Shown in pieces: positions 37,921 through 49,575 of a stretch of DNA of 64,000 nt. The position numbers and the translations under genes are program-made. This DNA is from Octopus vulgaris (taxonomy: Eukaryota), in assembly GCA_951406725.2 (NCBI GenBank), contig OX597817.1, forward strand, positions 39,370,001-39,434,000. The letters run 5' to 3'. Within the stretch, counting starts at the first letter, position 1. The number at the start of each line of letters is the position of its first letter. A model generated the notes under the pieces. It did no database searches. It was not told the DNA's origin and saw nothing but the letters and a program-made list of their open reading frames with translations.

Positions 37921-38851
37921 ATTATTTACATTTGATGGCTATTTGTCCTTTTTGGCTGATATACCCTCCAGCCTTCATCAGGTGTCTTGGGGAAATTTCG
38001 AACCTGGGTTCTCATTCCTAAGGTATTTTTCGACGACGACTGCTACTGCTATTATCAATATTCAGGTCACTGCCTGGAATTGAACTCAGAATCTTAGGGT
38101 TAGTAGCCCACACTCTTAACCACTATGCCATATGCCCATGGGCAATTATGGAGTGACTTTTAGGGCTTATAAATCCAATCCTTCCTTAATACTGGTTCCC
38201 ATATGCTATTCATATCTGCACTCGGTCTGCTTAGGAGGTTGTTGTGTTGTAGCATATGTGTTGCTGCTTTTAGTTTTTGTATTTTCCAGTGGTGTTCTCT
38301 GTCTATTATTTTTAACTTCATCCCACAGGGGGAGGTAGTCTCCATTTTCCAATACATGATCATCTATACCCAATTTATCAATATCTCCTTGTGTCACAGC
38401 TTTGCGATGTTCCTCTACCCTTATTTTGAGGGGGCAGCATGTTTCACCTTTGTATGACCTACCACAGCTGCATGGGATGGAGTATACGCAGTTTTCGGCC
38501 ATATTCTCTTCTATTGGTGGTTTTACTCGAAGGAGTTATTTGCGAAGTATCGTATTACTCTTGAATACTGTCCCGATGTCATATGGGCCACATATCTTTT
38601 GTATCTTTTCGGAGAGGCCTTTTACATTGGTTAGACAGACTGTGAACAGTTTATTGGTTTCATCCCTGAAAAAATGATCAAGCTCAGTAACAATCTATTA
38701 AGCAACAACTACCCCCAAAACATACAATCCACTGCAATTATGAAGAAAAGAGAGGATGAAGCCAATAAACTGTCCGCAGTCCGTCTACCCTATGTGAAAG
38801 GCCTCTCCATAAAGATACAAAAGATATGCGGTCCATATGACATCAGGACAG
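37921..38851 (-). mobile_element. Penelope-like element family B fragment: GIY-YIG endonuclease, tRNA-like cassette, hammerhead remnant and inverted 5' segment
   Basis: ENCVYSIPCSCGRSYKGETCCPLKIRVEEHRKAV is a GIY-YIG signature of Penelope/Poseidon elements; 38568-38667 is inverted at 38753-38851; CTGATGA core near 37975-37981. Confidence 0.88.
38065..38137 (-). other. tRNA-like sequence (A and B boxes) inside the PLE 3' region; not a functional tRNA gene
   Basis: GGGCATATGGCATAGTGGTTAAGAGTGTGGG-CTACTAA-CCCTAAGATTCTGAGTTCAATTCCAGGCAGTGACC. Confidence 0.7.
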
Positions 38852-39509
38852 AGTGAATCAATGCCTTGTGGGTGAAATTAGTATGAAGAAACTATATGGA
38901 AGCCTCTGTGTGTGTGTTTGTGCGCATGAATGCTTACTTACCATATCTTTGCATGACTTTGTCAGAGCAAAAAAGTGATGCCATGTTTATATTCCCAGTA
39001 AACAACACAGGACATTGTGTATGGTGTGGGAGCAAACTTCACACCACTTAATTCCAAATTGAACTTCTTAACTACATATCTATTTCTTTATATGTATATA
39101 AATATAAATATATATATATGTATATATATATATAGGAAAAATAAGGATAAACACTAGTTTGTATTAAATTTCCTACATGTGTTTTGCCATTATGGTTGTT
39201 TGAAGCCCTGTGATAGACATTTCAAATGCATATAGATGTTCAACCCCTACAGATCTCCAGGGACCACTTTATTGCATCAAATTACAGATGACTGTGTCCA
39301 AAGTTGGATGGATGGGAGAGAAATAGAGAGAAAGCAAAAGAATAAAAAGGAAATACCCAAGATACAAGAGAGAAGGGGAGAAGGACAGAGAGATGAAGAA
39401 AACTAAATAAGAAGGATAAAAAAGGAAAAGAAGAGAAAGAAAGAAGTTCGTAAATAAAATTATGAATAACAAGTTTTTTTTTTCCAAGGTGTGAAGCCAT
39501 AAATATAGA

Positions 39510-39658
39510 TTGTGTGGTAAGTAGCTTGCTTACCAACCACATGGTTCCGAGTTCAGTCTCACTGCGTGGCACCTTGGGTAAGTGACTTCTACTATAGCTT
39601 CAGGCCGACCAAAGCCTTGTAAGTGGATTTGGAAGACGGAAACTGAAAGAAGCCTGTC

Positions 39659-39699
<41 letters not shown>

Positions 39700-39905
39700 C
39701 TTGGGTGTCTGTGTTTGTCCCCCCAAAATCGCTTGACAACCGATGCTGGTGTGTTTATGTCCCCATCACTTCGCAGTTCAGCAAGACAGACCGATAGAAT
39801 AAGTACTGGGCTTACAAAGAATAAGTCCTGGGGTCGATTTGCTCGACTAAAGGCGGTGCTCCAGTGTGGCCACAGTCAAATGACTGAAGCAAATAAAAGA
39901 ATAAA
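39510..39905 (+). mobile_element. SINE family A copy, CpG decayed
   Basis: Family A consensus with several CG to TG/CA changes. Confidence 0.88.
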
Positions 39906-40271
39906 AAAATAAAGCCTTAAATTATACTTTTAAAAGTCTGCAGCAAAACTAGTTAATAAGCTATGCTTTATCCTTCTTACAGTGCACCATTTAAGAACTA
40001 ATGCTTTGCTGTGCAGATATTGATGGCATCTTTTTCTATATTATGAAATTTTAGTAAAATTGCTTTGTCATTGTTAAGTTAGTATATGGAACATAAATCA
40101 ACATAAAATTTTGATGGACGGCTTTAATTTAGAACACTTTAACCCTTTAGCATTTAACCTGGCCATATCTGGTCCAAATATTCTATCTGTTTTATGTTCA
40201 AACTGGCCAGATTTGGCCTCTCAACCTACCTTACAATGTCATTTATCATCATCATCATCATCATCATTTAA

Positions 40272-40493
40272 CCCTTTCGTTACTGTATTTATTTTGAGAT
40301 GCTCTGTGTTTTTCTCAATTATTTTAGATATAACAAAGAATTTAGTAAAATAACTTAGTTACCATTCAGCTAGTGTCAGAGACCATTAATTGTGATTATG
40401 GTTTCGTGGAAGATTTTAATTCAAAATTTATGAAATCAAGACATTTGTACCGCAGAGCCAGAGCCGGTTTCAGCCGAGTTGGTATCAAAAGGG
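40272..40493. mobile_element. 222-bp piggyBac-like MITE
   Basis: TTAA at 40268-40271 and 40494-40497; termini CCCTTT / AAAGGG. Confidence 0.8.
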
Positions 40494-41116
40494 TTAACAT
40501 AATGGCAGAGGTTGGATGGTTTGACAAGAGCTGTCAAGCTGGGAAGCTGCACCAGACTCCAGTCTAATTTGACATGGTTTCTACGGCCCTTCCTAATGCC
40601 AACCACTGTATGCTGGGTGCCTTTATGTGGCACTGCATTGATGCTTTTATGTGGCACCACACAGGTGCTTTTATATAGTGCCACATGGGCACTTTTATGC
40701 GGCACCACATAGGTGTTTTTATGTGGAACCACATGATTGCTTTTATGTGGTACCACATGGATACTTTTATATGACACTTCCACAAGTGTTTTTCACCACC
40801 AGAGTGACTACTGTGGCGTATGGGTCTTCTTGAGTACAGCAAAATGCCAGGTATCTTGGTCCTTTGTTATCTTGCCTGAAAGGTTCAGCACCCTGAGGTT
40901 GTTCTTCAGTACTTCATCCCATGTCTTCCTGGGTCTCCCACTTCCATGTCTTCCATCTACTTTGAGAGATCAGCACTTCTTTATGGTGATGTCAGCACCC
41001 ATCTGCATCACATGACCAAACCAGCACAGTCTTCTCTCTTGCAATCAGCATCTAATTCTTATGCCTAACTTCTCTCTCAAAAACACTAGCACTCTGTCAA
41101 ACATGTACACTTACAT

Positions 41117-41230
41117 TATTTATATTCGACGGATATTTGTCCTCATCTTGTTTGTTGTTAACACAATGTTTCAGCTGATATACCCTCCAGCCTTCTTCAG
41201 GTGTCTTGGGGAAATTTCAAATCTGGGTTC
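41117..41230 (-). mobile_element. 114-bp PLE family B terminal fragment with 10-bp TSD
   Basis: ACACTTACAT at 41107-41116 and 41231-41240; sequence matches 37921-38010. Confidence 0.85.
41161..41204 (-). ncRNA. Minimal type I hammerhead ribozyme motif (CpG-decayed copy)
   Basis: ACAC-CTGAAGA-AG-GCTG gagggtatat CAGC-T-GAAAC-ATT-GTGT: canonical CUGANGA and GAAA core, stem I ACAC/GTGT. Confidence 0.65.
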
Positions 41231-41319
41231 ACACTTACATGACACATCCAGCAGAGCATACCAGCCTCATCCCTTTCTAAAAATAAATAATCACATCATC
41301 ATAATTTTGAAACTACGAG

Positions 41320-41795
41320 ATAATAATAATAATAATAATAATGATGAAATTATTGTATACAGTGCTCAGGTGCACCACAACTTGTCAAAAGTGTGTATAA
41401 AGCATATGCAGTAATGTACAAATGTCTGGAAAGTGAACAGTGTATGATTCAGATACATGCTTGCATGTGTATGGAGGGGAGAAAATCAGGTGTAGTGTTG
41501 GTGAATCTCAGGAAGCATGGAAGTTTTGAAGGATGCAGTGCTCCGACAACTAACAACTGATGCTGGCAGTTTGTTCCATACTTCAGTAACTCTTAGCATG
41601 AAAAAATGTTTCCGAAAGTCATGGGAGCTATGCTGTTTTCTGACTTCTTAAACATGTCCACGGGTATTAGACAGGTGGAGTTTGAAAAGGTGCTCAGAGT
41701 TACTGTTAGTAAGATGGTTAATAATTTTATGGGTGTCTGTCAAGTTAGCTGCCAGACGTTGTAGTTTCAATGTATCCAGGCCCAGGGAAGTAAGG
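41320..41795 (-). mobile_element. CR1 LINE 3' fragment with (ATT)n tail
   Basis: LTSLGLDTLKLQRLAANL...SNTRGHV...FRKHFFMLRVTEVWNKLPASVVSCRSTASFK matches CR1 ORF2 C-terminus. Confidence 0.88.
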
Positions 41796-42092
41796 CATGA
41801 TTAATTAAGAAAAATATAAATAAATAAGTATAACATTTGAATGAGTCATCTGAATGCCAGAGGGTTAAAACAGGAAATATATAACATAGAACCAAGAGTG
41901 GTTTCAGTTGGGTTGTTGTCAAATGGGTTAAATTGATGTGAAATGAATTAAAATAGAAGACTGAGTGTATCCTAGTTTAAGGTAGGTATACAGCTTCCCT
42001 GCATATCATGAGATGACTAAAAGCACCGGTAACAAGAAGGGCATCTGGCTGAGAAACACTGTCTCTGAAAAACCACCCAGCCCATACTAGCA

Positions 42093-42440
42093 TGGTGATC
42101 TCATTCTTGCTCACAACATCATAAACGGAAAGTGTAACCTCTCGAAAGAGCTGTTCTTCACTCCTGCTCCAGAGCGTTGGCTGCGGGGGTCACTCCGAAA
42201 AGCTCTATCTGCGACGATTTCATCTCAATCGAAGGAGAGGGGGTTTCTCCGTCTGGGTTGCGGATCCGTTGAATAAGCTGCCAGACGAGATAGTGAAGAT
42301 GCTGACGACCGCTCGGTTCAAAGTCTCCCTTGACCACAAATGGCCTGAACTCTTTGCATGAACACCACCCTATACATAACTCCATGTCCCCCTACATGGC
42401 CTTGCTTTTTGAGCCAAAAAATTAACTTAACTTAACTTAA
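42093..42440 (+). mobile_element. CR1 LINE 3' fragment with (TTAAC)n tail
   Basis: GDLILAHNIINGKCNL...LR/GHSEKLYLRRFHLNRRRGGFSVWVADPLNKLPDEIV...FKVSLD. Confidence 0.85.
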
Positions 42441-43004
42441 TTAGTCCCGAATATTTGTTAGAGAAGATGGCATAGTTGCAGTTGAAATGCTGATCTAGAA
42501 GTTCATTTACAGAACCATAAAGGAACTTTAGTTAGTTGCTATCCATCCATGGTGACTGGTATAACTGCTACATGAGTGAAAAGAATGGGTTAAAGTTGAG
42601 GTTTTAAAGGGGCCTTATAGTCAGAGATGCAATCACGAAAGCTGTAGTATAAATAATTAACTAGTTCAGAATAAAGTTTGGACCGGCAAACAATACAGTT
42701 TTGATTAAATTATTTAATGTTCAGAGTCAGGGCATTGTTTAGTAAGCAGATACACTTTGTTAGACATTTAACTTAGTCTTTAGTTTGTATATATTACGGT
42801 AATTACATTTACATTACTTTTTGATGAGCTCAATCTCTGACCGCTGCCGCCGTCACCACCACCGTCATCATCATCAGCAACAGCAGCAGCAAGAGCTCAT
42901 GGTTTTGTCATCTTTACTCTGTAAATTTACATTACATTTTGTCTAGCATTTTGTTATCATCATTTCTGAACGTTGTCATCATGTGTTTTTAATAATAATA
43001 ATAA

Positions 43005-43695
43005 TAAGCCTTTCTACTATAGGCACAAGGCCTGAAATTTGGGGGAAAGGGATGAGTCGATTACATCGACCCCAGTACTCAACTGGTAGTTAATGTATCA
43101 ATCCCGAAAGGATGAAAGGCAAAGTCGACCCTGGCAGCATTTGAACTCAGAACGTGGAGACAGACAAAATACTGCTAAGCATTTTGCCCTGCGTGCTAAT
43201 GATTCTGCTAGCTTGCCACCTTAATAACAATGATGATGATAATAATAATAATAATAGTAAGCCTTTCCTCTAAGGGCACAGGGCCTGATATTTTGGGGGA
43301 GGTGGGGCTAGTTGATTGTATCAAGTCTAGTACTTATTTCAATGACCCTGAAAAGATGAAAAGCAAAGTTGACCTCAGTGGTATTTGAACTCAGAATGTA
43401 AAGTTGGAATAAATGTCGCTAAGCAATTTGTTTGCCTTTACTAATGGCTCTACCAGCTTATTTTTATTTCGTTAAGAGTAATTTACTTTGTACTATAGGT
43501 TCAAGGTCAAAATTTTGGGTGAGTGGGGGTGTAAATCAATTACCTCAACCCCAGTGCTTAACTGTTACTTATTGACCCTGAAAGGATGAAAAGGAAAGTC
43601 AACCTCGGTGGAATTTGAACTCAGAACATAATGACGGATGAAATGCCACTAAGTATTTTGTCTGGTGTGCTAATGATTCTGCCAGCTTGCCACCC
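43005..43695 (-). mobile_element. Cluster of three same-orientation SINE family M copies
   Basis: Three repeats of AGG..TGAAAT..., GAAAGGATGAAA..CAAAGTC, TTTGAACTCAGAA at about 43005, 43260 and 43490. Confidence 0.8.
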
Positions 43696-43696
43696 T

Positions 43697-44110
43697 TCAT
43701 CATCATCATCGTTTAATGTCTGCTTTCCATGCTAGCATGGGTTGGACGATTTGACTGAGGACTGGCGAACCAGATCTGGCAGAGTTTCTACAGCTGGATG
43801 TCCTTCCTAACGCCAACCATTCCAAGAGTGTAGTGGGTGCTTTTATGTGCCACCGGCACGAGAGCCAGTCAGGCGGTACTGGCAACGGCCATGCTCAAAT
43901 GGTGTTTTTTACGTGCACCTGCACAGAAGCCAGTCCAGCGGCACTGGCAATGACCTCGGTCGAATGTTTTTTCATGTGCCACCAGCACAAGTGCCACTAA
44001 GGTGACACAGGTAGCGATCACACCCGAATGGTGCTTTTTACGTGCCACCGGCACAGAGGCCATTTTGTTGCTCTTGCAATGATCATGCTTGTATGGTACT
44101 CTTAGCGCTC
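43697..44110 (-). mobile_element. Family R repeat
   Basis: CATCATCATCGTTTAATGTC tail followed by family R body. Confidence 0.8.
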
Positions 44111-44319
44111 ATACTACCATAAAGTAAAGGCCTTAGTTTATCTCACTTTTAAACTTTACCTGGTTACTCCCACCTTTGCTTCTATAATGTGAGTAGCTAT
44201 GCAGCTCCTCTATAGCGTGAAACTTATTCTATTCTGGCCCCTTCTCTCATCCTTTAAGCCTTCATATCCTGACATGAAACCACCTCCCTTTCTCCTGTAA
44301 CTCCATTCTGTTTAGAGAG

Positions 44320-44535
44320 ATCTTAGTCTTGCAAACTACATGGTGACCTCATTACTGTTGGTGCCATGACAAAAAAAAAAGCACCCAATACTTGCTTTGA
44401 AGTAGTTGGCATTAGGAAGGGCATTTGGCTGTAGAAACCATACCAAAGCAGACATTGGAAAATGATGCAGTCCTCAGACTCATTGGATCCTGTCAAACTG
44501 TTGATCCATGTCAGTGTGGAACAAGGATGACGATG
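44320..44535 (+). mobile_element. RTE 3'-end variant (family R related)
   Basis: TTGGCATTAGGAAGGGCAT...GTAGAAACC; similar copy near 45575-45792. Confidence 0.65.
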
Positions 44536-46325
44536 TGTATATGGTAACAATGTGAGGTTGTATATATGAGAGACTTGTGTTGCAAATGCAGAAAATTTGT
44601 GATTGACAAGGGAAAAGTTGAATATAATCTGATGAATGAGTGAGTTTAACTTTCAAGGAAAAATTTGAATGCAAATAAGTTGAAAAACTTGACTTACTGC
44701 CAAAGACTTTGACAAATGTATGCAAAAAGGAACCACTACATTCATATGGAAATTAATGTGAGGGCTGGGTGAAAATGGACTACTAATTAATGATGGAAGT
44801 TAATTCTAGATAATTTAGTAGTTTGGTCAAACTCATAAATATTAAACACTTATAGATGAACTCATGATATTTGGAAGGGTTGCTGATATTTTCAACTCAA
44901 ATTATAATACGAAATACATATTAAATATGATGATGATGACAAGGATAATGGTCCAAATATTTTGTAGTACCATTGTCAGAGAACTACCATCACTATCATT
45001 TTAATGTCCAATTTTCCAGGTTTGCATGAGTCAGCTGGAATTTGTTGGGGTAGATTTTGTATGGTCAGACACCTTTCCTGTGACCAATCCTCACTTGTTT
45101 CCAAGCAGTCTATTGAGTACCAAACTGCCCAGATATAGTTACACAACAAACTGGAAACCGATGACACTGTCTGAATGAACGTTTTGTTTACAAAGGCTGT
45201 GCAACATGTCAAAAAGGCTGAGCATGCTTTTGCAGTTGAGTACAAGCAAAGGTCATGGCCTGTCTTGCCTTTTATAGTCAACAAACACATTCAAAGATGA
45301 GGGAAAATACTCACATGAACACCCAGAAGCACCTCTGTCACACATGTATACAGGCTTAACTTGGGGGTGTGGCATCCCTCCCTACAGTCTCCATCTTCTC
45401 TCTCTGTCTCCCTCTCTCCTCTGTCTGTCTGTCTCTGTCTCTCTCTCTCTGTGTCTGTCTGTTTGTCCATCTCTCTCTCTCTCTCTCTCTCTACCTGAGG
45501 CAGCCCTGTTTCTTCTCTGCTGCAAGACACCTTTTCCTGTTCCATAATACTACTCCCTCATTCAGTTGGGGAGTCTTGTCCTGCAAGTTACTGGTGACTG
45601 TACTGCTGCTGGGGCCACACACACACAAAAAAAAAGAAATGCCCAGTACACTCTGTAAAGTGGTTGATGTTTGGAAGGGCATCTAGTTGTAGAAACCATG
45701 CCAAAGTAGACAGCAGAACTTGATGTAGTCTTCTGATATGCCAGTTCCAACATGGAAAAATGGACATTAAATGATGCTGATGATGATGATGCTTCAGTTC
45801 CTGTCTACCAATTTCATTCACAAGATATTGGTTGACACGTGCCTATAATATAGAACACCAGCCAACAATGTTCACACAGTGACACTGAACCATTAACCTT
45901 ATATTTTCAAAATGAACTTCTTGACTCCACAGTCATGTCTGTACTTATCTTAAGCAAAACCATATTAAGTAAAAATAAAAATTTGCTATTGATTTATTCT
46001 CTAAGATTTATAAAATAAAATAAATTCCTTTATTGTGATGAAAATGAGTTCTGATGTATGTGGCAAGACACTTCTTTGAAGATAAATTTGATTTTTCAGA
46101 GTAGGACCATAAGAATTTTATTAAATGCTTTTTGCCAGTACACATTTCCATAATTTTTCTTTGTGGATTCTAATTTTTGTCTTCATAATCAAGTTTGGTT
46201 TTAACAGCTTAACTTTGGAAATCTCATTCTGTTTAAGTATCCGAGTACTGAACACTCAGTGTTATAAAGTTGATTGCTTTTATGTAGACTATGTTTCAAT
46301 CAATATATTCTTTAGTATGTCTTCA

Positions 46326-47135
46326 CCTTTTACTTTTTTCAGTCATTAGACTACATTCATGCTGGGATACCGCCTTGAAGAAATTTAGTACCATAAATCC
46401 TCGAGTATAATCCGCATTTTTTCCCCCAAATTTAAAGGTCAAAATCCCTATATACGAGGTTAAAAATGAAAATTATTTTCTAAGCAATGTCCAAGACTCT
46501 ATTAGCTATCCGGCAATGTTTATTCAGATGCATTTTGTGATGTCGGGAGCAAAAATACCTTAAGCTAAACCTGAAAGCAATGAAGTCATAAAAGAATCAT
46601 CCATAACTTGCAGTAAGCAACATTTATTAAATGTTATTACTGTTATTTCTTTATTTTCTGCAAACAAAATGAACAAAAAAGCTACACGTTTGCATTATGT
46701 TATATATACAATAATAATAAAGGACGTTACCATATACATTTTTACAAACCAAGGACGTTATATAGACCTAACTTGACTCAAGTTAGCGAAGGGGTGCGTA
46801 TTATACACAAGGGAGGACTATACTCGAGGATTTATGGTACTTGTTTTTTTAAAGTCTGGTACTTATTCTGTTGGTCTCTTTTGCTGAACTGCTAAGGTAT
46901 GGGGACGTAAATACACCAACACTGGTTGTGAAGTGATGGTGGGACCCCCCCCCCACACACACACATAAACACACAATGTGTTTCTTTCAATTTGCACCTA
47001 CCAAATCAAATCACAAGGTTTTTTTGGCCTGAGGCGATAGTAGAAGACACTTGCTCAAGGTGCCATGCTGTGGGACTGAACCTGGAACAATGAGGTTGGG
47101 AAGCAAGCTTCTTACTGCACAGCCACACCTGTGCC
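46326..47135 (-). mobile_element. Old SINE family A copy interrupted by a MITE
   Basis: Family A tail before and body/head after 46391-46837. Confidence 0.75.
46391..46837. mobile_element. 447-bp pogo/Tc2-like MITE
   Basis: TIRs CCATAAATCCTCGAGTATAATCC / GGACTATACTCGAGGATTTATGG (22/23), TA on both sides. Confidence 0.92.
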
Positions 47136-47419
47136 TGTACCATATTTTTTACTTTTAGCATTGCCATGTGGTTAAGTTTGCATCTCAATTATGTGGTTTC
47201 GGGTTCACTGTGGCAAGTGTCTTCTATTGTAAGTCTCAGATTAAATAATGATTTGGAAGCGGAAATTGGTAGATAGAAACGGTGTAAAACTTCTGTGTGG
47301 TGTGCATGCACACATGCACATGTATGTGTGCATGTGTGTATATATATGTGTGTATATGCATGTGTGTATGTGTGTGTGAGTGTATGTATGTATGTATGTA
47401 TGTTTTTGTGCTTAGCAAA

Positions 47420-47815
47420 TTGGCTTCTGTGCTGGTGGCATGTAATAAGCACCATTCGAGTGTGATCGTTACCAGCGTTGCCTTACTGGCACTTGTGCCG
47501 GTGGCACATGAAAAGCATTCAAGCGAGGTTGTTGCCAGTGCCACTGGACTGGCTCCTGTGCAGGTGACATATAAAAAGCACCATTTGAGCATGGCCATTG
47601 CCAGTACTGCCTGACTGGCCCTCGTGCCGGTGGCACGTAAAAGCACCCACTACACTCTCAGAGTAGTTGGCATTAGGAAGGGCAACCAGCTGTAGAAACT
47701 CTGCCAGATCAGATTGGAGCCTGGTGCAGCCATCTGGTCTGCCTGACCTCAGTCAAATCGTCCAACCCATTCTAGCATGGAAAGCGGACGTTAAATGATG
47801 ATGATAATGATGATG
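47420..47815 (+). mobile_element. Family R repeat
   Basis: Tandem GGTGGCAC units and GGACGTTAAATGATGATG tail. Confidence 0.82.
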
Positions 47816-48073
47816 TATCTGTTTATACTGGTTTGAAATGGCATGTTGAATAGTGCTGTTTAAAGTCAATACATAGACTTCAGTAAATATGTAGATGACA
47901 ATAAAATAAGGATCAGGTTGAAACAAATCTTAGGGTCAACACGATTGACTAAAACACTTTAAGGTAGCCTTACACTTAAAACTGAAACCAGTAAAAGAAT
48001 AAAAGTTCATTTACATTTTACATTGAGCTAAGATTGATTTAATGTATCTTAATTGTGAACACCACTTGTTATA

Positions 48074-48250
48074 GAAAACTCTACAATGCTGCTAGGTCAT
48101 GAAAAACTCTATAAAGTACTACTTCATGGGAAACTCTACAACACCGATCATGGAAATATCTATAATTCTGCTAGTTTACAGAAAATTATACAAACCGCTA
48201 GTTCATGGAAAACTTTACAAGATTACTCAAACGTGGAAAACTACTAAATA
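48074..48250. repeat. Degenerate minisatellite of about 28-30 bp
   Basis: Repeated CATG(G/A)AAA.CTCTACAA motif, about 7 units; stray unit near 49135. Confidence 0.65.
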
Positions 48251-48474
48251 GCTCTAAAACACTGTTAGTTTCTTTTTATGATTTTGTTTCAAACAAAGCT
48301 TGAAGACACTGTAGCATAAGGGATTACAAGAAAGGAAAAAAAGGGGCCTCCAAATTCAAAAGATATCAATTGACAGGAAGCTTAAAGGACTGAATTGCAT
48401 AGTCCAGAGGAAAACGAGATGATGGCAGTGAGTTTCAGAGAGCTACAGTTCAAGGAAAGAAGCTATTGGAATAA

Positions 48475-48706
48475 GGCGGTGAGCTGGCAGAAACGTTAGC
48501 ACGCCAGGCAAAATGCTTAGCGGTATTTCGTCTGCTGTTAGATTCTCAGTTCAAATTCCACCAAGGTCAACTTTGCCTTTCATCCTTTCGGGGTCGATTA
48601 AATAAGTACCAGTTACGCACTGGGGTCGATATAATTGACTTAATCCGTTTGTCTGTCCTTGTTTGACCCCTCTGTGTGTAGCCCCTTGTGGGCAATAAAG
48701 AAATAA
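48475..48706 (+). mobile_element. SINE family M monomer with 16-bp TSD
   Basis: GAAGCTATTGGAATAA (48459-48474) and GAAGTTATTAGAATAA (48707-48722) define the element ends. Confidence 0.9.
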
Positions 48707-48864
48707 GAAGTTATTAGAATAAACAGATGTATGATTAAAAAAGAAGCTCAACAGGAAAATGATGCACCTGGAAAGAGAAGCGGTTGACACGTTTAATGGT
48801 CTTGACTGAGGGTACTAGACCAGAAAGTTCACCAGACCATGGAAATACTTAAAGAACAGACATA

Positions 48865-49050
48865 ATCATCATCATCATAATTGTCGTCATCATCATCATC
48901 ATCATCATCTTCATTGTTTAACATCTGGTGTCCATGCTGGCATGGGTTGAAAAGTTTGACCAGAGCTGGCAAGCTGGGGAGCAGCACCAGACTCCAGTCA
49001 GATTTGACATGGTTTCTATGGCTGGATGCCCTTCCTAATGCCAACCACAT
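48865..49050 (-). mobile_element. Family R tail fragment
   Basis: (CAT)n then GGATGCCCTTCCTAATGCCAACCAC. Confidence 0.75.
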
Positions 49051-49269
49051 GAAGATATATTTCTATGATGAACCAAAGACTCCATCCTAGTAGAAAGAAG
49101 AGGATAAGCAAGTCAAGACACTCAGAAAAAACTCTTCATGAAAAGCTCTACAACATCGCTAGTGCTCGGAAAACACAGTCATATTACGAATCCATGAAGA
49201 CTAATAAAGATTTAAACTGTGATTGAATCATTGGAAAATTTCTCTTCTCTCTTCTTTTAATTTTTGCAG

Positions 49270-49384
49270 ACCATTGATATTATATCCCTGTATTGTACTT
49301 GATTGGCAAGCGATGTATTTTGAGACGGTGCTAAAACAATTGCATTGTTGTAGAATCATTGTAGCTTTTCAAAACGAAACAAAA

Positions 49385-49421
<37 letters not shown>

Positions 49422-49575
49422 TTATAAATACTTGCACTTTTATTTTGTAATAGTAAAATATAATATTGAGTATAAATATCGTTTATAGATTTACAAGCCA
49501 GTCACTGATACTTTTACTTTTCTGTTAGGGTTGTATATATAAAAACAAAATCAATAAATAGTGTAATTGGTATTA
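49270..49575 (+). other. Candidate terminal exon / 3' UTR of an unidentified host gene
   Basis: Long polypyrimidine tract TTTCTCTTCTCTCTTCTTTTAATTTTTGCAG acceptor, unique AU-rich sequence, AATAAA at 49553-49558. Confidence 0.35.

Larger units (their letters stand above)
40244..41272 (-). mobile_element. RTE LINE 3' fragment (ORF2 C-terminus, 24-bp tandem repeat in 3' UTR, GAT tail)
   Basis: Minus-strand translation LREKLGIR..QERRLCWFGHVMQM...GRPRKTWDEVLK; 24-bp units at about 40615-40790. Confidence 0.85.
40143..41864. mobile_element. piggyBac-like MITE (about 225 bp native) expanded by nested insertions
   Basis: TTAA|CCCTTTAGCATT ... AATGCCAGAGGG|TTAA; pieces 40143-40243, 41273-41323 and 41795-41864 are collinear with the copy starting at 63018. 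Confidence 0.75.
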
